Source of the DNA: Hyphomicrobiales bacterium
GTDB taxonomy: Bacteria > Pseudomonadota > Alphaproteobacteria > Rhizobiales > CAJQND01
Direction of reading: 5' to 3'
NCBI GenBank assembly: GCA_051010055.1
Contig: JBPCVY010000124.1
Span: forward strand, 1-52,192
DNA length: 52,192 bases
In this document: positions 1 to 10,278 of the stretch, piece by piece
Layout: each line of letters opens with the position of its first letter
How positions within the stretch are numbered: position 1 is the stretch's first letter
Notes under the pieces: generated by a model
The model's input: only the letters and a program-made list of their open reading frames with translations
Database searches by the model: none
Told to the model about the DNA's origin: nothing
Position numbers and translations under genes: made by a program

Positions 1-2136
1 GACCAGCCCGTGGCGATTTCAGAGCTTGTTGAAGGTGTGGGAACCCATGAGCGCGACCAGGTTCTGCTGGGGGTTACCGGTTCGGGCAAGACGTTCACTA
101 TGGCCAAGGTAATTGCGGCCACCCAGCGCCCGGCCCTTGTTTTGGCCCCCAATAAAACACTGGCCGCCCAGCTTTACGGGGAATTCAAAAGCTTCTTCCC
201 GGACAATGCGGTGGAGTATTTCGTTTCCTACTACGATTACTACCAGCCCGAAGCTTATGTGCCCCGCTCGGACACCTACATCGAAAAAGAAAGCTCCATC
301 AACGAGCAGATTGACCGCATGCGCCATTCGGCTACCCGCGCCCTTTTGGAACGGGACGATGTGATTATCGTTGCCTCGGTCTCCTGCATTTACGGCATTG
401 GCTCGGTTGAAACCTATTCGGCAATGACGTTTCAGGTTTCCTTAGGCGACAAACTGGACCGCAATCAGCTTCTGGCAGATTTGGTGGCCCTGCAGTACCG
501 GCGCAACGATGCCGCCTTCCAGCGCGGCACTTTCCGCGCCCGGGGTGACACGGTTGAAGTTTTCCCGGCCCACCTGGAAGACAGGGCCTGGCGCATTTCC
601 CTGTTCGGCGATGAGGTGGATGAGATTACCGAGTTCGACCCGCTCACCGGCCAGAAATCGGACAAGCTGAAGCAGGTGAAATTTTACGCCAACTCCCACT
701 ATGTAACGCCCAAGCCCACCCTGCAGCAGGCGGTAAAGCGCATCCAGGCTGATTTACGCACACGCCTTGATGAATATCATGCAGCAGGCCGCATTCTGGA
801 AGCCCAGCGTCTTGAACAGCGCTGCCAGTTTGATGTTGAGATGATCATGGCCACCGGCTCATGCGCGGGGATTGAAAACTATTCGCGTTATCTCACCGGC
901 CGCGCGCCGGGCGAGCCGCCGCCCACCCTGTTTGAATACCTGCCGGACAATGCCCTGGTGTTTGTTGATGAAAGCCATGTGACCGTGCCACAGCTTGGCG
1001 CCATGTTCCGCGGCGACTTCAACCGCAAGGCAACCTTGGCCGAATATGGCTTCCGCCTGCCCTCATGCATTGATAACCGGCCCTTGCGCTTTGAGGAGTG
1101 GGACGCCATGCGCCCGCAATCAATCTATGTGTCGGCGACGCCGGGCGGCTGGGAGATGGACCGCACGGGCGGCGTGTTTGCTGAGCAGGTTATCCGCCCC
1201 ACCGGCCTTACCGACCCAGAAGTTGAAATAAGGCCAGTTGCCACCCAGGTGGACGACCTCATCGCCGAATGCCGGGAGATTGCCGCCAGGGGCCAGCGGG
1301 TTCTGGTAACAACCCTTACCAAGCGCATGGCCGAAGACCTTACCGAATATTTGCACGAACAGGGCATTCGCGTGCGCTACATGCATTCAGACATCGACAC
1401 CCTGGAGCGCATTGAGATTATCCGCGATTTGCGTCTAGGCGCGTTCGATGTGTTGATCGGCATCAACCTGTTGCGCGAGGGGCTGGACATACCCGAATGC
1501 GCCCTGGTGGCCATTCTGGATGCGGACAAGGAAGGCTTTTTGCGTTCTGAGACCTCGCTTATCCAGACCATTGGCCGGGCGGCGCGCAATGTGGATGGCC
1601 GGGTCATTCTCTATGCCGACAAAATCACCGGTTCCATGGAGCGGGCGATTTCCGAAACCGACCGCCGCCGCGACAAGCAAAAGGCTTATAACGTAGAACA
1701 CGGCATTACACCGGAGACCATCCGCCGCGATATTGCCGATATTCTCCACAGCGCCTATGAGCAGGACCATGTGACGGTGGATGCGGGCTTTGCCGAGGAT
1801 GGCAAGCCGCTCATCGGGCATAATCTGGAAACGGTTCTGGAAGACCTCGAAAAGCGCATGCGCGATGCCGCCGCCAACCTTGAGTTTGAGGAAGCAGCCC
1901 GCCTGCGCGATGAAATCAAGCGCCTGCAGGACACCGAGCTGTTATTGTCGAACGATCCGCTTGCCCGCCAAACCCGCGTTGCATCCGAAGCCGGCGCCTA
2001 CGAGGGCGAACGCAAATACGGCAAGGCGGGCAACACGCCTCGCGACAAATCCCGCCCGCACAAACCGGACCTCGACGAAATGACCGTGGGCCGCACGGAA
2101 AAACCGGTGGAACGGAAAAAGCCGAGAAGGGGTTGA
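1..2136 (+). CDS. uvrB: Excinuclease ABC subunit B (5'-truncated by window edge)
   Basis: GVTGSGKT Walker [15 protein letters not shown] beta-hairpin, DESH, C-terminal UVR coil (FEEAARLRD); frame is open from position 1 (DQPVAI). Confidence 0.98.
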   Translation, partial: DQPVAISELVEGVGTHERDQVLLGVTGSGKTFTMAKVIAATQRPALVLAPNKTLAAQLYGEFKSFFPDNAVEYFVSYYDYYQPEAYVPRSDTYIEKESSINEQIDRMRHSATRALLERDDVIIVASVSCIYGIGSVETYSAMTFQVSLGDKLDRNQLLADLVALQYRRNDAAFQRGTFRARGDTVEVFPAHLEDRAWRISLFGDEVDEITEFDPLTGQKSDKLKQVKFYANSHYVTPKPTLQQAVKRIQADLRTRLDEYHAAGRILEAQRLEQRCQFDVEMIMATGSCAGIENYSRYLTGRAPGEPPPTLFEYLPDNALVFVDESHVTVPQLGAMFRGDFNRKATLAEYGFRLPSCIDNRPLRFEEWDAMRPQSIYVSATPGGWEMDRTGGVFAEQVIRPTGLTDPEVEIRPVATQVDDLIAECREIAARGQRVLVTTLTKRMAEDLTEYLHEQGIRVRYMHSDIDTLERIEIIRDLRLGAFDVLIGINLLREGLDIPECALVAILDADKEGFLRSETSLIQTIGRAARNVDGRVILYADKITGSMERAISETDRRRDKQKAYNVEHGITPETIRRDIADILHSAYEQDHVTVDAGFAEDGKPLIGHNLETVLEDLEKRMRDAAANLEFEEAARLRDEIKRLQDTELLLSNDPLARQTRVASEAGAYEGERKYGKAGNTPRDKSRPHKPDLDEMTVGRTEKPVERKKPRRG

Positions 2137-2158
2137 GTTCCAAACACGACACCTCTCG

Positions 2159-2191
2159 AAGGAAGGGCTAGAGCTTCTCTTTTCCTTTTTT
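2159..2191 (+). terminator. Possible intrinsic terminator of uvrB
   Basis: aaggaaggg...ttttcctt imperfect stem (G-U pairs) followed by a T run, about 25 bp after the uvrB stop. Confidence 0.35.
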
Positions 2192-2315
2192 GACTGAGTA
2201 AATCTAAAATTCGCGACCTCAGTATATCCTTGCGAAATTAGCTCTATAGCTTCGACACTATTCGGTTGACGACTGTTGCTCTTCAATTAACTGTTTGAAA
2301 AACGAGGCGCCCCCC

Positions 2316-3551
2316 TCACCCGCCGGAGAACCAATCCAGGAACGCTTTGATCACCACTGCGTTGGTCACGTCCACGAAGAATGCGGAGACCAGCGGCAGG
2401 ATGATAAAGGCCATTGGTGCGGGGCCGTGGGCTTTTGTCACCGCTGTCATATTGGCGATGGCCGTTGGGGTTGCGCCCATGGCAAAGCCGCCGAACCCGG
2501 CGCTGAGCACCGCCGCCTGGTAATCGCGGCCCATAAGCGGAAACAACACGAACAAAATGAACGCCACGGCGGCAACGGTTTGTATCGCAAGGATGATCAT
2601 GAGCGGGCCGGCAAGGCCGGCTATGGTCCACAGCTGCATGCTCATGAGCGACATGGCCAGAAACAAGCCCAGCGAAAAGTCTGAAACCAGCGCCAGGGAA
2701 TTGGTGCGCGCTGGCCACGATATGCCCGGGAAAATATGCGGCACGGTGTTGGAAAGCAAAATGCCCGCAAGCAGGCATGTCACAAACAGCGGCAGCTTGA
2801 AGCCCGCCGCCACCAGCGCCTCGTTCGCCGCATAACCCAGGATAATGGCCAGATGCAGCGCCAGAATGACCCGCATAAGGTTGATGTGATTTATCTTCTG
2901 GTCCTCGCCGGCTTTGGCATGGGGCAAGCCGACGGTGGGGGTTTCATCCATTGCCGTTGATTTCAAATCGCCGCGGGTGATGAGATATTGCGCAATCGGT
3001 CCGCCAATAAGGCTGGCAATGACGAGGCCCAGCGTGGCGCAGGCGACCCCGATTTCCAGCGCATTGACCACCCCGTGATCGGCGGCAATATCCGGCGCCC
3101 AGGCAATGGTGGTGCCGTGCCCGCCAATGAGCGATGCAGAGCCTGCAAGAATGCCCACCGCATAGGGCTGGCCAAGCCCGAGGGCTGCGGCAACGCCAAC
3201 AATGTCCTGAACCACAATGAAACCGAGGGTGAGCACCAGCATGATGGCCAGTGGCCGCCCGCCTGCAATGAGGTCTGAAAAGCGCGCATTCAGGCCAATT
3301 GCGGTGAAGAAATAAACCAGCAACGCATTGCGCGCCTCAAGCTCGTATGAAATTTGCAAATCAAACAAAAGGAAAGTGCCAAGCGCTATCGCTGCGCCAA
3401 TCAGCCCGCCGGTGACCGGCTCTGGAATATTGTAGTGCCGCAGAAAGGTGAACCGCTTGTTGATTTGCATGCCGGTCAGAAAAACGATAATGCCGATGGT
3501 GACCGCGATAAACTCCGGCACTTCCAGCACATTCGCGGCTTGTTCAGGCAT
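2316..3551 (-). CDS. gltS: Sodium/glutamate symporter
   Basis: NIPEPVTGG, GGHGT and GATPTAIANM motifs; multiple TM helices. Confidence 0.93.
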   Translation of the reverse strand: MPEQAANVLEVPEFIAVTIGIIVFLTGMQINKRFTFLRHYNIPEPVTGGLIGAAIALGTFLLFDLQISYELEARNALLVYFFTAIGLNARFSDLIAGGRPLAIMLVLTLGFIVVQDIVGVAAALGLGQPYAVGILAGSASLIGGHGTTIAWAPDIAADHGVVNALEIGVACATLGLVIASLIGGPIAQYLITRGDLKSTAMDETPTVGLPHAKAGEDQKINHINLMRVILALHLAIILGYAANEALVAAGFKLPLFVTCLLAGILLSNTVPHIFPGISWPARTNSLALVSDFSLGLFLAMSLMSMQLWTIAGLAGPLMIILAIQTVAAVAFILFVLFPLMGRDYQAAVLSAGFGGFAMGATPTAIANMTAVTKAHGPAPMAFIILPLVSAFFVDVTNAVVIKAFLDWFSGG

Positions 3552-3712
3552 TCCCGGCTCCTAAAGCACCATCCGATGGAAAAACCATCAGCCCTGATCT
3601 GCGCCGGGCCAACAGCGGTATTGAGGATTAGTATGATTGTATATTGCGCTGGCAACGGCAATGAAAATTCCGTTATGCTCCAGCCAGATTGTAGCGAGGG
3701 AGAAAGACGCCG

Positions 3713-4258
3713 ATGAAACGGAAAATTTTACTCGCGGCAAGTTTTGCGCTGCTCACCATTTCCGCTGGCCCGCTGGCAGCACATGATCCGGCGGTTGAGG
3801 AAAAGCTGCGCGGCGCAAAGGCGTGCGCTGGCTGTAATCTTGCCGGGGCAAATTTCTCCGGCCAGGATTTAAGCGGGGCCAATCTGGCCGGCGCAAACCT
3901 TTCCGGTGCAAACCTTACCGAGGCAAAACTGATTGGTGTGAATCTGACCGGCGCAAATCTCACCGGCGCAGAGCTTTTGAAAGCGAATTTCTCGAAGGCC
4001 AATCTCAACGGCGCTGACGTTGCCGGCGCCAATCTCAGCTACGCCAATTTTTCCGGCTCTGATCTACGCGATGCCGACCTTTCCGGCGTTGACAGTGTTC
4101 ACGTCAACTATGAAGGGGCCAATATGGTCAAGGCTGATCTGGCCGGCGCAGACTTAAGCTTTGCAAAATTCAAAGGCGCAGACATTACCGATGCCATTCT
4201 CGACGGCGTCGATATGGAAGGCGCAGATTTTGAAGGGACAAAAGGCTTCCTGCCCTGA
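3713..4258 (+). CDS. Secreted pentapeptide-repeat protein
   Basis: Signal peptide, CAGC, then A(N/D)LxG repeats; RBS agggag upstream. Confidence 0.93.
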   Translation: MKRKILLAASFALLTISAGPLAAHDPAVEEKLRGAKACAGCNLAGANFSGQDLSGANLAGANLSGANLTEAKLIGVNLTGANLTGAELLKANFSKANLNGADVAGANLSYANFSGSDLRDADLSGVDSVHVNYEGANMVKADLAGADLSFAKFKGADITDAILDGVDMEGADFEGTKGFLP

Positions 4259-4261
4259 CCT

Positions 4262-4930
4262 CTAGGACAACCCTTGCAGGAAAGGATTGATCTGGCGTTC
4301 CTGGCCAATGGTAGAGCCGGGTCCGTGCCCACACAAAAAGCCAACTTCATCACCAAGCGGCAGCAAATGATCACGGATGGAATCAAGCAGCTGCTGGTGA
4401 TTGCCACGCGGCAAATCGGTGCGTCCTATGGAGCCGCGGAATAACACATCCCCTACCAGGGCAATGCGTGCTTCAGGCTGGAAAAAGACAACCGAACCGG
4501 GGCTGTGGCCCGGGCAGTGGAACACCCGCCAGTCGCACCCGGCCAAGGTCACAGTATTGCCGTGGGAAAGCCACTTGTCAGGCTCAACATTGCGCGAACC
4601 GGCAATGCCATATTGGGCGCCGGACTGCTCAAGGCTTTCAAGCAGAAAGCGGTCATCTTCATGGGGCCCGATTATTTCCACACCAAGGCGTTCGCGCAAT
4701 TCATCGGCGCCACCCGCATGATCGATATGGCCATGGGTTAGGAAAATATTCTTGATATTGGCGCCGCTCTTTTCGATGGCCGCCATGATGTTGTCCACAT
4801 CGCCGCCCGGATCGATAACCACCCCATCCATTGTCGCCTCGTTCCAGACGAGTGTGCAATTTTGCTGCAGCGGCGTAACCGGCACAATGCCGGCCTGCAG
4901 CTTGACCTGTGTTGATGGGGTATCATCCAT
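4262..4930 (-). CDS. MBL-fold metallo-hydrolase (YcbL/GloC-like)
   Basis: THGHIDHAGG, PGHSPG, GDVLF and GHG metal-binding motifs. Confidence 0.93.
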   Translation of the reverse strand: MDDTPSTQVKLQAGIVPVTPLQQNCTLVWNEATMDGVVIDPGGDVDNIMAAIEKSGANIKNIFLTHGHIDHAGGADELRERLGVEIIGPHEDDRFLLESLEQSGAQYGIAGSRNVEPDKWLSHGNTVTLAGCDWRVFHCPGHSPGSVVFFQPEARIALVGDVLFRGSIGRTDLPRGNHQQLLDSIRDHLLPLGDEVGFLCGHGPGSTIGQERQINPFLQGLS

Positions 4931-5090
4931 TGCCGCGATCCTCGATTTTCAGGTTTCCAGATTCCGGTGGGTAGCCCAATTGCATCTAGAGAGCAAAGCC
5001 ATTTTTGAAAAAATGATGCAAGCAAACTGGGCGGATTTGCCGTAAGCTCGCGTGATAGCGATAGGAAATTCCAGGGAACAGGAAGCGCAA

Positions 5091-6092
5091 ATGCCGGAAA
5101 ACAAAATGCTGAAGCTCGCCGCCCGTCCGCAAGGCATGGCGAAGCGTGACGATTTCGAAATCACCACCGGTGAAGCTGGCGAACCCGGAGCTGGTGAATT
5201 CTTGGTCAAAGTGGAAATGATATCCATAGACCCAGCCATGCGTGGCTGGATGAATGAAGGAAAATCTTACGTACCTCCCGTTGCCATTGGAGAGGTAATG
5301 CGGGCGCTCGCAGGTGGCACGGTGGTGGCCTCCAACCACCCGAAATATAAGGAAGGCGATGCGGTGTATGGCCTGTTCGGGGTACAGGAATATGCAGTTT
5401 CCGACGGCCAATCAGTATCGAAGCTGGACCTTGGCTCTGCTGGCCTTGAAGATTGGCTTGGCGGGCTTGGCATGCCGGGGATTACCGCCTATTTCGGGCT
5501 TTTGGATGTGTGCCAGCCGAAAGAGGGAGAAACGGTTGTTGTTTCAGCAGCCTCCGGCGCAGTTGGCTCCATTGTCGGGCAAATCGCGAAAATAAAGGGC
5601 TGTCGTGTTGTTGGCATTGCGGGCGGCCCTGAGAAATGCGCATTCGTGACCGGTGAATTGGGTTTTGATGCCTGCATCGATTACAAGAATGATAATATCT
5701 ATGAGGCGCTGAAGCGCGACTGTCCGGATGGAATAGACATCTATTTCGAGAATGTCGGCGGTGAAATTTTCGACACGGTCCTCACCCAGATGAACACGTT
5801 CGGACGCATTGCTGTTTGCGGCATGATTTCCGCCTACAATGCAACCTCTGCGCCGGAGGGCCCGAAGAACCTGCGTTCAATCCTTGTGAACCGGCTCAAT
5901 ATGCGCGGCTTTATCGTTTTCGATTTTTTCGACCGCTATCCCGAAGCCATCAAGGCGCTGGCGGAGTGGCACGCGGAAGGCCTTGTGAAATTCCGCCAAG
6001 ATGTACGCGGCGGCGGTATTGATGCCTATCCGGACGTGTTGAACCTTCTGTTCACCGGCGGCAATAACGGAAAGCTGGTGCTGAAAGTCTAG
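5091..6092 (+). CDS. NADP-dependent oxidoreductase (CurA/prostaglandin reductase-like MDR)
   Basis: SIDPAMRGWM, GMPGITAYFG, AASGAVG; ATG at 5091 with aggaag RBS. Confidence 0.93.
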   Translation: MPENKMLKLAARPQGMAKRDDFEITTGEAGEPGAGEFLVKVEMISIDPAMRGWMNEGKSYVPPVAIGEVMRALAGGTVVASNHPKYKEGDAVYGLFGVQEYAVSDGQSVSKLDLGSAGLEDWLGGLGMPGITAYFGLLDVCQPKEGETVVVSAASGAVGSIVGQIAKIKGCRVVGIAGGPEKCAFVTGELGFDACIDYKNDNIYEALKRDCPDGIDIYFENVGGEIFDTVLTQMNTFGRIAVCGMISAYNATSAPEGPKNLRSILVNRLNMRGFIVFDFFDRYPEAIKALAEWHAEGLVKFRQDVRGGGIDAYPDVLNLLFTGGNNGKLVLKV

Positions 6093-6838
6093 CTGGCTGC
6101 AGCAGGTGCGCGTTCTGCGCGGATGAGGCCGTTAACGCTGAGCCAGCGGGTAAACAGCCGCTCAGCATTTTTATTGGCTTGCGGCAGGTACTCAAGCGCT
6201 TGCTTCAAAAAACGCTCATGGGCGCCCTCTCCGCGGAGCGCGGCCATATTGTCTATGCATTCGCGCACTGTAAGCCAAGAATCGACACGCTCCATGGTCG
6301 CTTCAGCATGAAATTGGATAGAGGCCGCATGGGGCCCGACACTCATTGCCTGAATGGCGCAGGCTTTGGATGATGCGGTTACCCGCGCATCCGGTGGCGG
6401 CACAATCACCTCAGCGGTATGCCATTGCAGCCAACGGTCATTATCGGCCATGGCGCTGAACACGGGGTCGGCGCTGGCCGCTTCACTACGCTTTACCTGC
6501 AGCATGCCAAGCTCGTCTTTTTTGGCCGGGCCAACTTCACCGCCCAGCGCATCTGCAAGCAATTGATGGCCAAAACAAACGCCGAAATAGGGTTTCCGCA
6601 AATCCTGAACCCAATGGCGGATTGTTGCTTTTTCTTCTACGAGCCAGGGATATTTATCTTCCTGCCACACCTGCTGGGACGCGCCCATCACCAGCATCAA
6701 CTGGCAATTTTCAGGTGCAGGCATGCTTAATCCTGCGTTCAAGTTGACGCAATCAAACTCTATTCCATGCCGGCTCAGAATATCTCCAAGAAGACCGGGG
6801 CCTTCGCCCTCCAGATGCTTCAGTACAACCGCGCGCAT
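6089..6838 (-). CDS. Type 1 glutamine amidotransferase-like protein
   Basis: GVCFGHQ nucleophile elbow and QFHAE triad motif. Confidence 0.9.
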   Translation of the reverse strand: MRAVVLKHLEGEGPGLLGDILSRHGIEFDCVNLNAGLSMPAPENCQLMLVMGASQQVWQEDKYPWLVEEKATIRHWVQDLRKPYFGVCFGHQLLADALGGEVGPAKKDELGMLQVKRSEAASADPVFSAMADNDRWLQWHTAEVIVPPPDARVTASSKACAIQAMSVGPHAASIQFHAEATMERVDSWLTVRECIDNMAALRGEGAHERFLKQALEYLPQANKNAERLFTRWLSVNGLIRAERAPAAAS

Positions 6839-6960
6839 AAAGTGTTTTTCCAGTCAAATCGCCTAATTTGCAAGCGTCTCATTAACCCATCATTGACCAT
6901 ATGATAACCATTTTCTCAAGCTGTTAGAGAATTTTTGGCCCGAGTGTGAGATAAAGGGGT

Positions 6961-7245
6961 ATGTTTGCTCTGCTGGGAAAAATGAGCGGTTTCCGATACC
7001 GCCGCGAACGCCGCGCCGCCATTTGGTTTATCGGCGGGTTTGCTGCCGCAATGATTGCTGGCCAGGTGCTGGATGAAACCCATTGCACTTTTGACAGCGC
7101 TCACGAAAAACCAATGCTGAACTGGCTTGGACGGCTATGTTCTGACATACGTGTTTCGAGCACGGACTTGTCCACCGGCGGTGCCTCATTGAACAAGCTT
7201 CCGGCCCGCGGCGCGTTGAAGAAAACATTTACCTTCACCGACTGA
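6961..7245 (+). CDS. Small hypothetical protein with one N-terminal TM segment
   Basis: aagggg RBS-like sequence abutting the ATG; Arg-rich stretch then hydrophobic AAIWFIGGFAAAMIAG; fills the gap between neighbours. Confidence 0.5.
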   Translation: MFALLGKMSGFRYRRERRAAIWFIGGFAAAMIAGQVLDETHCTFDSAHEKPMLNWLGRLCSDIRVSSTDLSTGGASLNKLPARGALKKTFTFTD

Positions 7246-7252
7246 TTGCCGG

Positions 7253-7914
7253 TTACCGTACTGGTGGCAAAACCAGTGTGCGGGCGCGGCACTGCCTCTT
7301 TTCGTTGGCGCTGCAGGCTGCAAGTTGCGGCCAAAACACACGCGCACCCCCCTCAAGACGCCGCGATCACGGCTGTTCCCGCACTGGATGGAAATCATTT
7401 CCGGCTTCAGCCAATTGTTGGTTTTCAGAAAATCTTCCCTGAGCGTTGATGGCGTAATCTCCACCGTATGCGCGGGCGCAATGTAACGCGCGGGCACCTG
7501 TAGGCGCGAAAACAATTCCCGGGTCAGGGAAAAATAATGTTCCTGGGAAAGCCCTGAGCAAGTTCCGTGCTTCCTCCATTCGTGAACAACAAGCCGTTTT
7601 GACGGCATAATGGGCAGCATTTCTTCAATCAGCACATTGGGCACATAACGCTCAGAGGTTGCGCAAAAATCCGGCCAGCCTGAGCGGTGCTGCGGCCATA
7701 GCCCGTGCACCACAAAAGTATATTTTCGCCCTGGTCCGCACTGCAAATTATCTCCCCGCCCGGCCTTGCTGGCGCAATGGGTGGGCGACCAAGACAATGC
7801 AAGAGTGTAATAGTCGAATTTGCCTGATACATTCCGCGCCAGGGAAGGCCACTTGAAAGCGGCCATGCCAAGAAAAAGGGCAATCGCAATTACTGCAAGG
7901 AGAGCTTTGCGCAC
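7253..7914 (-). CDS. Secreted ribonuclease T2 family protein, apparent frameshift near 7310-7322
   Basis: YTLALSWSP, FVVHGLWPQ (CAS I), HEWRKHGTC (CAS II); the plausible C-terminus CSANEKRQCRARTLVLPPVR* lies in a shifted frame ending at 7253. Confidence 0.88.
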
Positions 7915-7925
7915 GAATTAACCGG

Positions 7926-8189
7926 TTAGTTTTTCACCACACCTGCGATATCGACACGCGGCGTATTTTGTGGTGGTCGGGAACGGGCTTGCGGGCAAAT
8001 ATCGGAAAGGACTTTCCAGGAAGTATTGTTCAAATTGAGCTCGCACTTTGAAAGTTTGCCGCGAATGCAGGTGACTTCGCCCAGAGCATATTTCACGCCA
8101 TTATAACGGCACTTGCAGTTCGGCCCCGCCTCTGCAAGCGGTGCATACAAAAGTAAAACCAATCCAGTCATTAAGGTGTACTTCAACAT
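7926..8189 (-). CDS. Small secreted Cys-rich hypothetical protein
   Basis: Signal peptide (AEA), CxCR...C...C..NNTSW...CP pattern; ends 11 bp before the RNase T2 start. Confidence 0.75.
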   Translation of the reverse strand: MLKYTLMTGLVLLLYAPLAEAGPNCKCRYNGVKYALGEVTCIRGKLSKCELNLNNTSWKVLSDICPQARSRPPQNTPRVDIAGVVKN

Positions 8190-8246
8190 ACGCGCGATTC
8201 TAGCACATATTCATCTTCGAATGAACCAGGCCATTAGGTTTCCAGC

Positions 8247-8996
8247 TCAATCCGTTTCAATTACGCCAGCTGCTGATGCGGTGTAGGCGCCCAAGGTGGC
8301 CGGGTCGATATTATCGCCCGCGGACATGGCGCAAACACGTGAGATTTTAGTGTAAGTGAGCCCTGTTTCGGACTGCCATGCATTGAACTTCTCCTGCACC
8401 GCCTTTAAATCACGTTTTGACCTGGGTTGTTCTGCAACATCGATGCCGGCCATGCGCACCGCAGCCACAACGTCCCTGCTTGGCAGGAAACAGTCCTTGC
8501 CGATAAAGCGTAAGAAATAACGTCCCGTATTGCCGCCAAGGCGCGAGCCGCGTTTGGACAAAACATCCCACAGACCAACGCAATCATCTTCCGGCCATTC
8601 GGCAAGAAATGCGCCAAAACTGCCGTACTCATCCGCGATATCGAGCACAAACTGGGCGTTCTCACGCACCGAACGAATTTTTGCTCCATGTCGGACAATG
8701 CGCGCATCAGAGGCCAATCCATCCCAAAATTCATCAGGCTGAAACACCAGAACAGATGGAACAAATCCCAGAAAAGCTTCCTCAAAGCCCGGCCATTTGT
8801 TCTCCACCACCTTCCAGTTGAACCCGGCCCGGAAGATGCATTTGGCTATCATCGACAAAACCCTGTCGTCCGGTATGGCGCTCACATCGTTTGCATGCTG
8901 CGAAACCGCAATGAGTTGTTCGACAACATCCTCCCCGCTTTTGCGTTCGCATGCGCGTTTCCATGTGTCGGCAAAACTTGTTTTCGCGTACTTCAC
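8247..8996 (-). CDS. DNA-3-methyladenine glycosylase I family protein
   Basis: IFRAGFNWKVVENKWPGFEEAF, RIVRHGAKIRSVRENA and FLRFIGKD motifs. Confidence 0.85.
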   Translation of the reverse strand: MKYAKTSFADTWKRACERKSGEDVVEQLIAVSQHANDVSAIPDDRVLSMIAKCIFRAGFNWKVVENKWPGFEEAFLGFVPSVLVFQPDEFWDGLASDARIVRHGAKIRSVRENAQFVLDIADEYGSFGAFLAEWPEDDCVGLWDVLSKRGSRLGGNTGRYFLRFIGKDCFLPSRDVVAAVRMAGIDVAEQPRSKRDLKAVQEKFNAWQSETGLTYTKISRVCAMSAGDNIDPATLGAYTASAAGVIETD

Positions 8997-9116
8997 TACC
9001 GCTCGCCTTTCATTTTCACGTTCAGTTAACCCTGTTCGCGGTTGAGGATTTTGCTTTTCAAATCATTAACCGGGAAACCAATAGGATTTTCCCAGTTTAC
9101 TCTGGGAATTCCCGCA

Positions 9117-9878
9117 ATGAAGTTCAAGCTTGCACGAAAAGGTGCTTTTTGCACATTGGGCATTGCAGCCGTTTTCGCCGGTGGATATGCCGGCGCTTAT
9201 GCCGCAATCGGCCTTGATATAGAGCGCTTTCGCACGATTTCATCAGGCTTTGCGGCTGAAAACCGTTGCGGGCATCTCACCGAAAAACTGCGTGAAGAGC
9301 TTGGAACCCATGCAGCTTTTGGTGAAACCGCCGCCGTGCGTGCAAACGGTGCAGATGCTGTGCGCGAAGCCAGAAAGGCCGGTGACGTTGCCATGCCCTG
9401 TGGCGAGGCAACGAAAGCAATGGTCAATGCCGCTATGGCGGAAGGCCGGCGGTTTGAAAACGAATTTGCAGCTCATGAGGCCCGGCAAAAAGCATCGCAA
9501 GGGCGCCTTTCAAAACGCCAGCAACGCATTGTTACCCGGCAAAGGCGCCAGCAGATTAAAAGATCCGGTTTCTTCACCGTACAGCGGCAATCCGGCAGCG
9601 CCCTGCCCCGGGAAAATGGCAGCGAAATCCAGCGGTTCCAAGTGCAGCTTCACGCCTATTATGTGGAACGCCGCTGCCAGTACCTGCGCCCCGCCAACGC
9701 GAAAAAATTCTGGAAAATGATAAACGCCCGCCATGCCGCCCTGTCCGGCGCGCTGGATGAAGCAAGCCTTGCGCAAAGCAATGCCAATGCCAAGGCGGCT
9801 GCCAAGCGCACCGCCTGTTCGCCGCGCGCCAGGCGGTTTATTGCGGGCAGCATGCGCGCGCTTGCAGCCGACCTCTAG
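9117..9878 (+). CDS. Secreted hypothetical protein with tandem duplicated two-Cys domain
   Basis: Signal peptide; IERF..ENRC.HL and IQRF..ERRC.YL repeats. Confidence 0.7.
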   Translation: MKFKLARKGAFCTLGIAAVFAGGYAGAYAAIGLDIERFRTISSGFAAENRCGHLTEKLREELGTHAAFGETAAVRANGADAVREARKAGDVAMPCGEATKAMVNAAMAEGRRFENEFAAHEARQKASQGRLSKRQQRIVTRQRRQQIKRSGFFTVQRQSGSALPRENGSEIQRFQVQLHAYYVERRCQYLRPANAKKFWKMINARHAALSGALDEASLAQSNANAKAAAKRTACSPRARRFIAGSMRALAADL

Positions 9879-9891
9879 GATCTGTTGGTAT

Positions 9892-10278
9892 CTATTTGCC
9901 ACGATATTCAGCGGCAAGTTCATCCACATAAGCCATCAAATCGTCCACATCACGAAGGCTGAGGATGACGGGTGCGATGGGAGATGGGCCCTGACGCTGG
10001 GTGCGCAGTTCCTTGATGGTGACAAATGCGGGATGAGGCGGCAGGCTGAAGAATGCCTCAAACTTGGCACGCCAATCTTCTGCCTTCGACAGCACCATAA
10101 TTTTGAACGAAGGCGTTGAGCCGATACCCATATTGTTAAGGTCCGGCATGACATGGCAGCGTGAACAGTGAAGCCGCGCCAAATCACGCCCTGATGCTGC
10201 ATTTTGCGCGTAGGCCGAGCTGCAAAAAACTGCAATGGCAGCAACTACGGTACAGAATGTCCATGCCCGATTTACCAT
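9892..10278 (-). CDS. Monoheme c-type cytochrome
   Basis: Signal peptide (AYA), CSRCH heme motif, GIGSTPSF, PHPAF. Confidence 0.85.
   Translation of the reverse strand: MVNRAWTFCTVVAAIAVFCSSAYAQNAASGRDLARLHCSRCHVMPDLNNMGIGSTPSFKIMVLSKAEDWRAKFEAFFSLPPHPAFVTIKELRTQRQGPSPIAPVILSLRDVDDLMAYVDELAAEYRGK

Noticed and set aside
3830-4230. Periodic nucleotide repeats suggestive of an array
   Set aside because: They are the 15-bp coding periodicity of the pentapeptide-repeat protein, not CRISPR or a DNA repeat.
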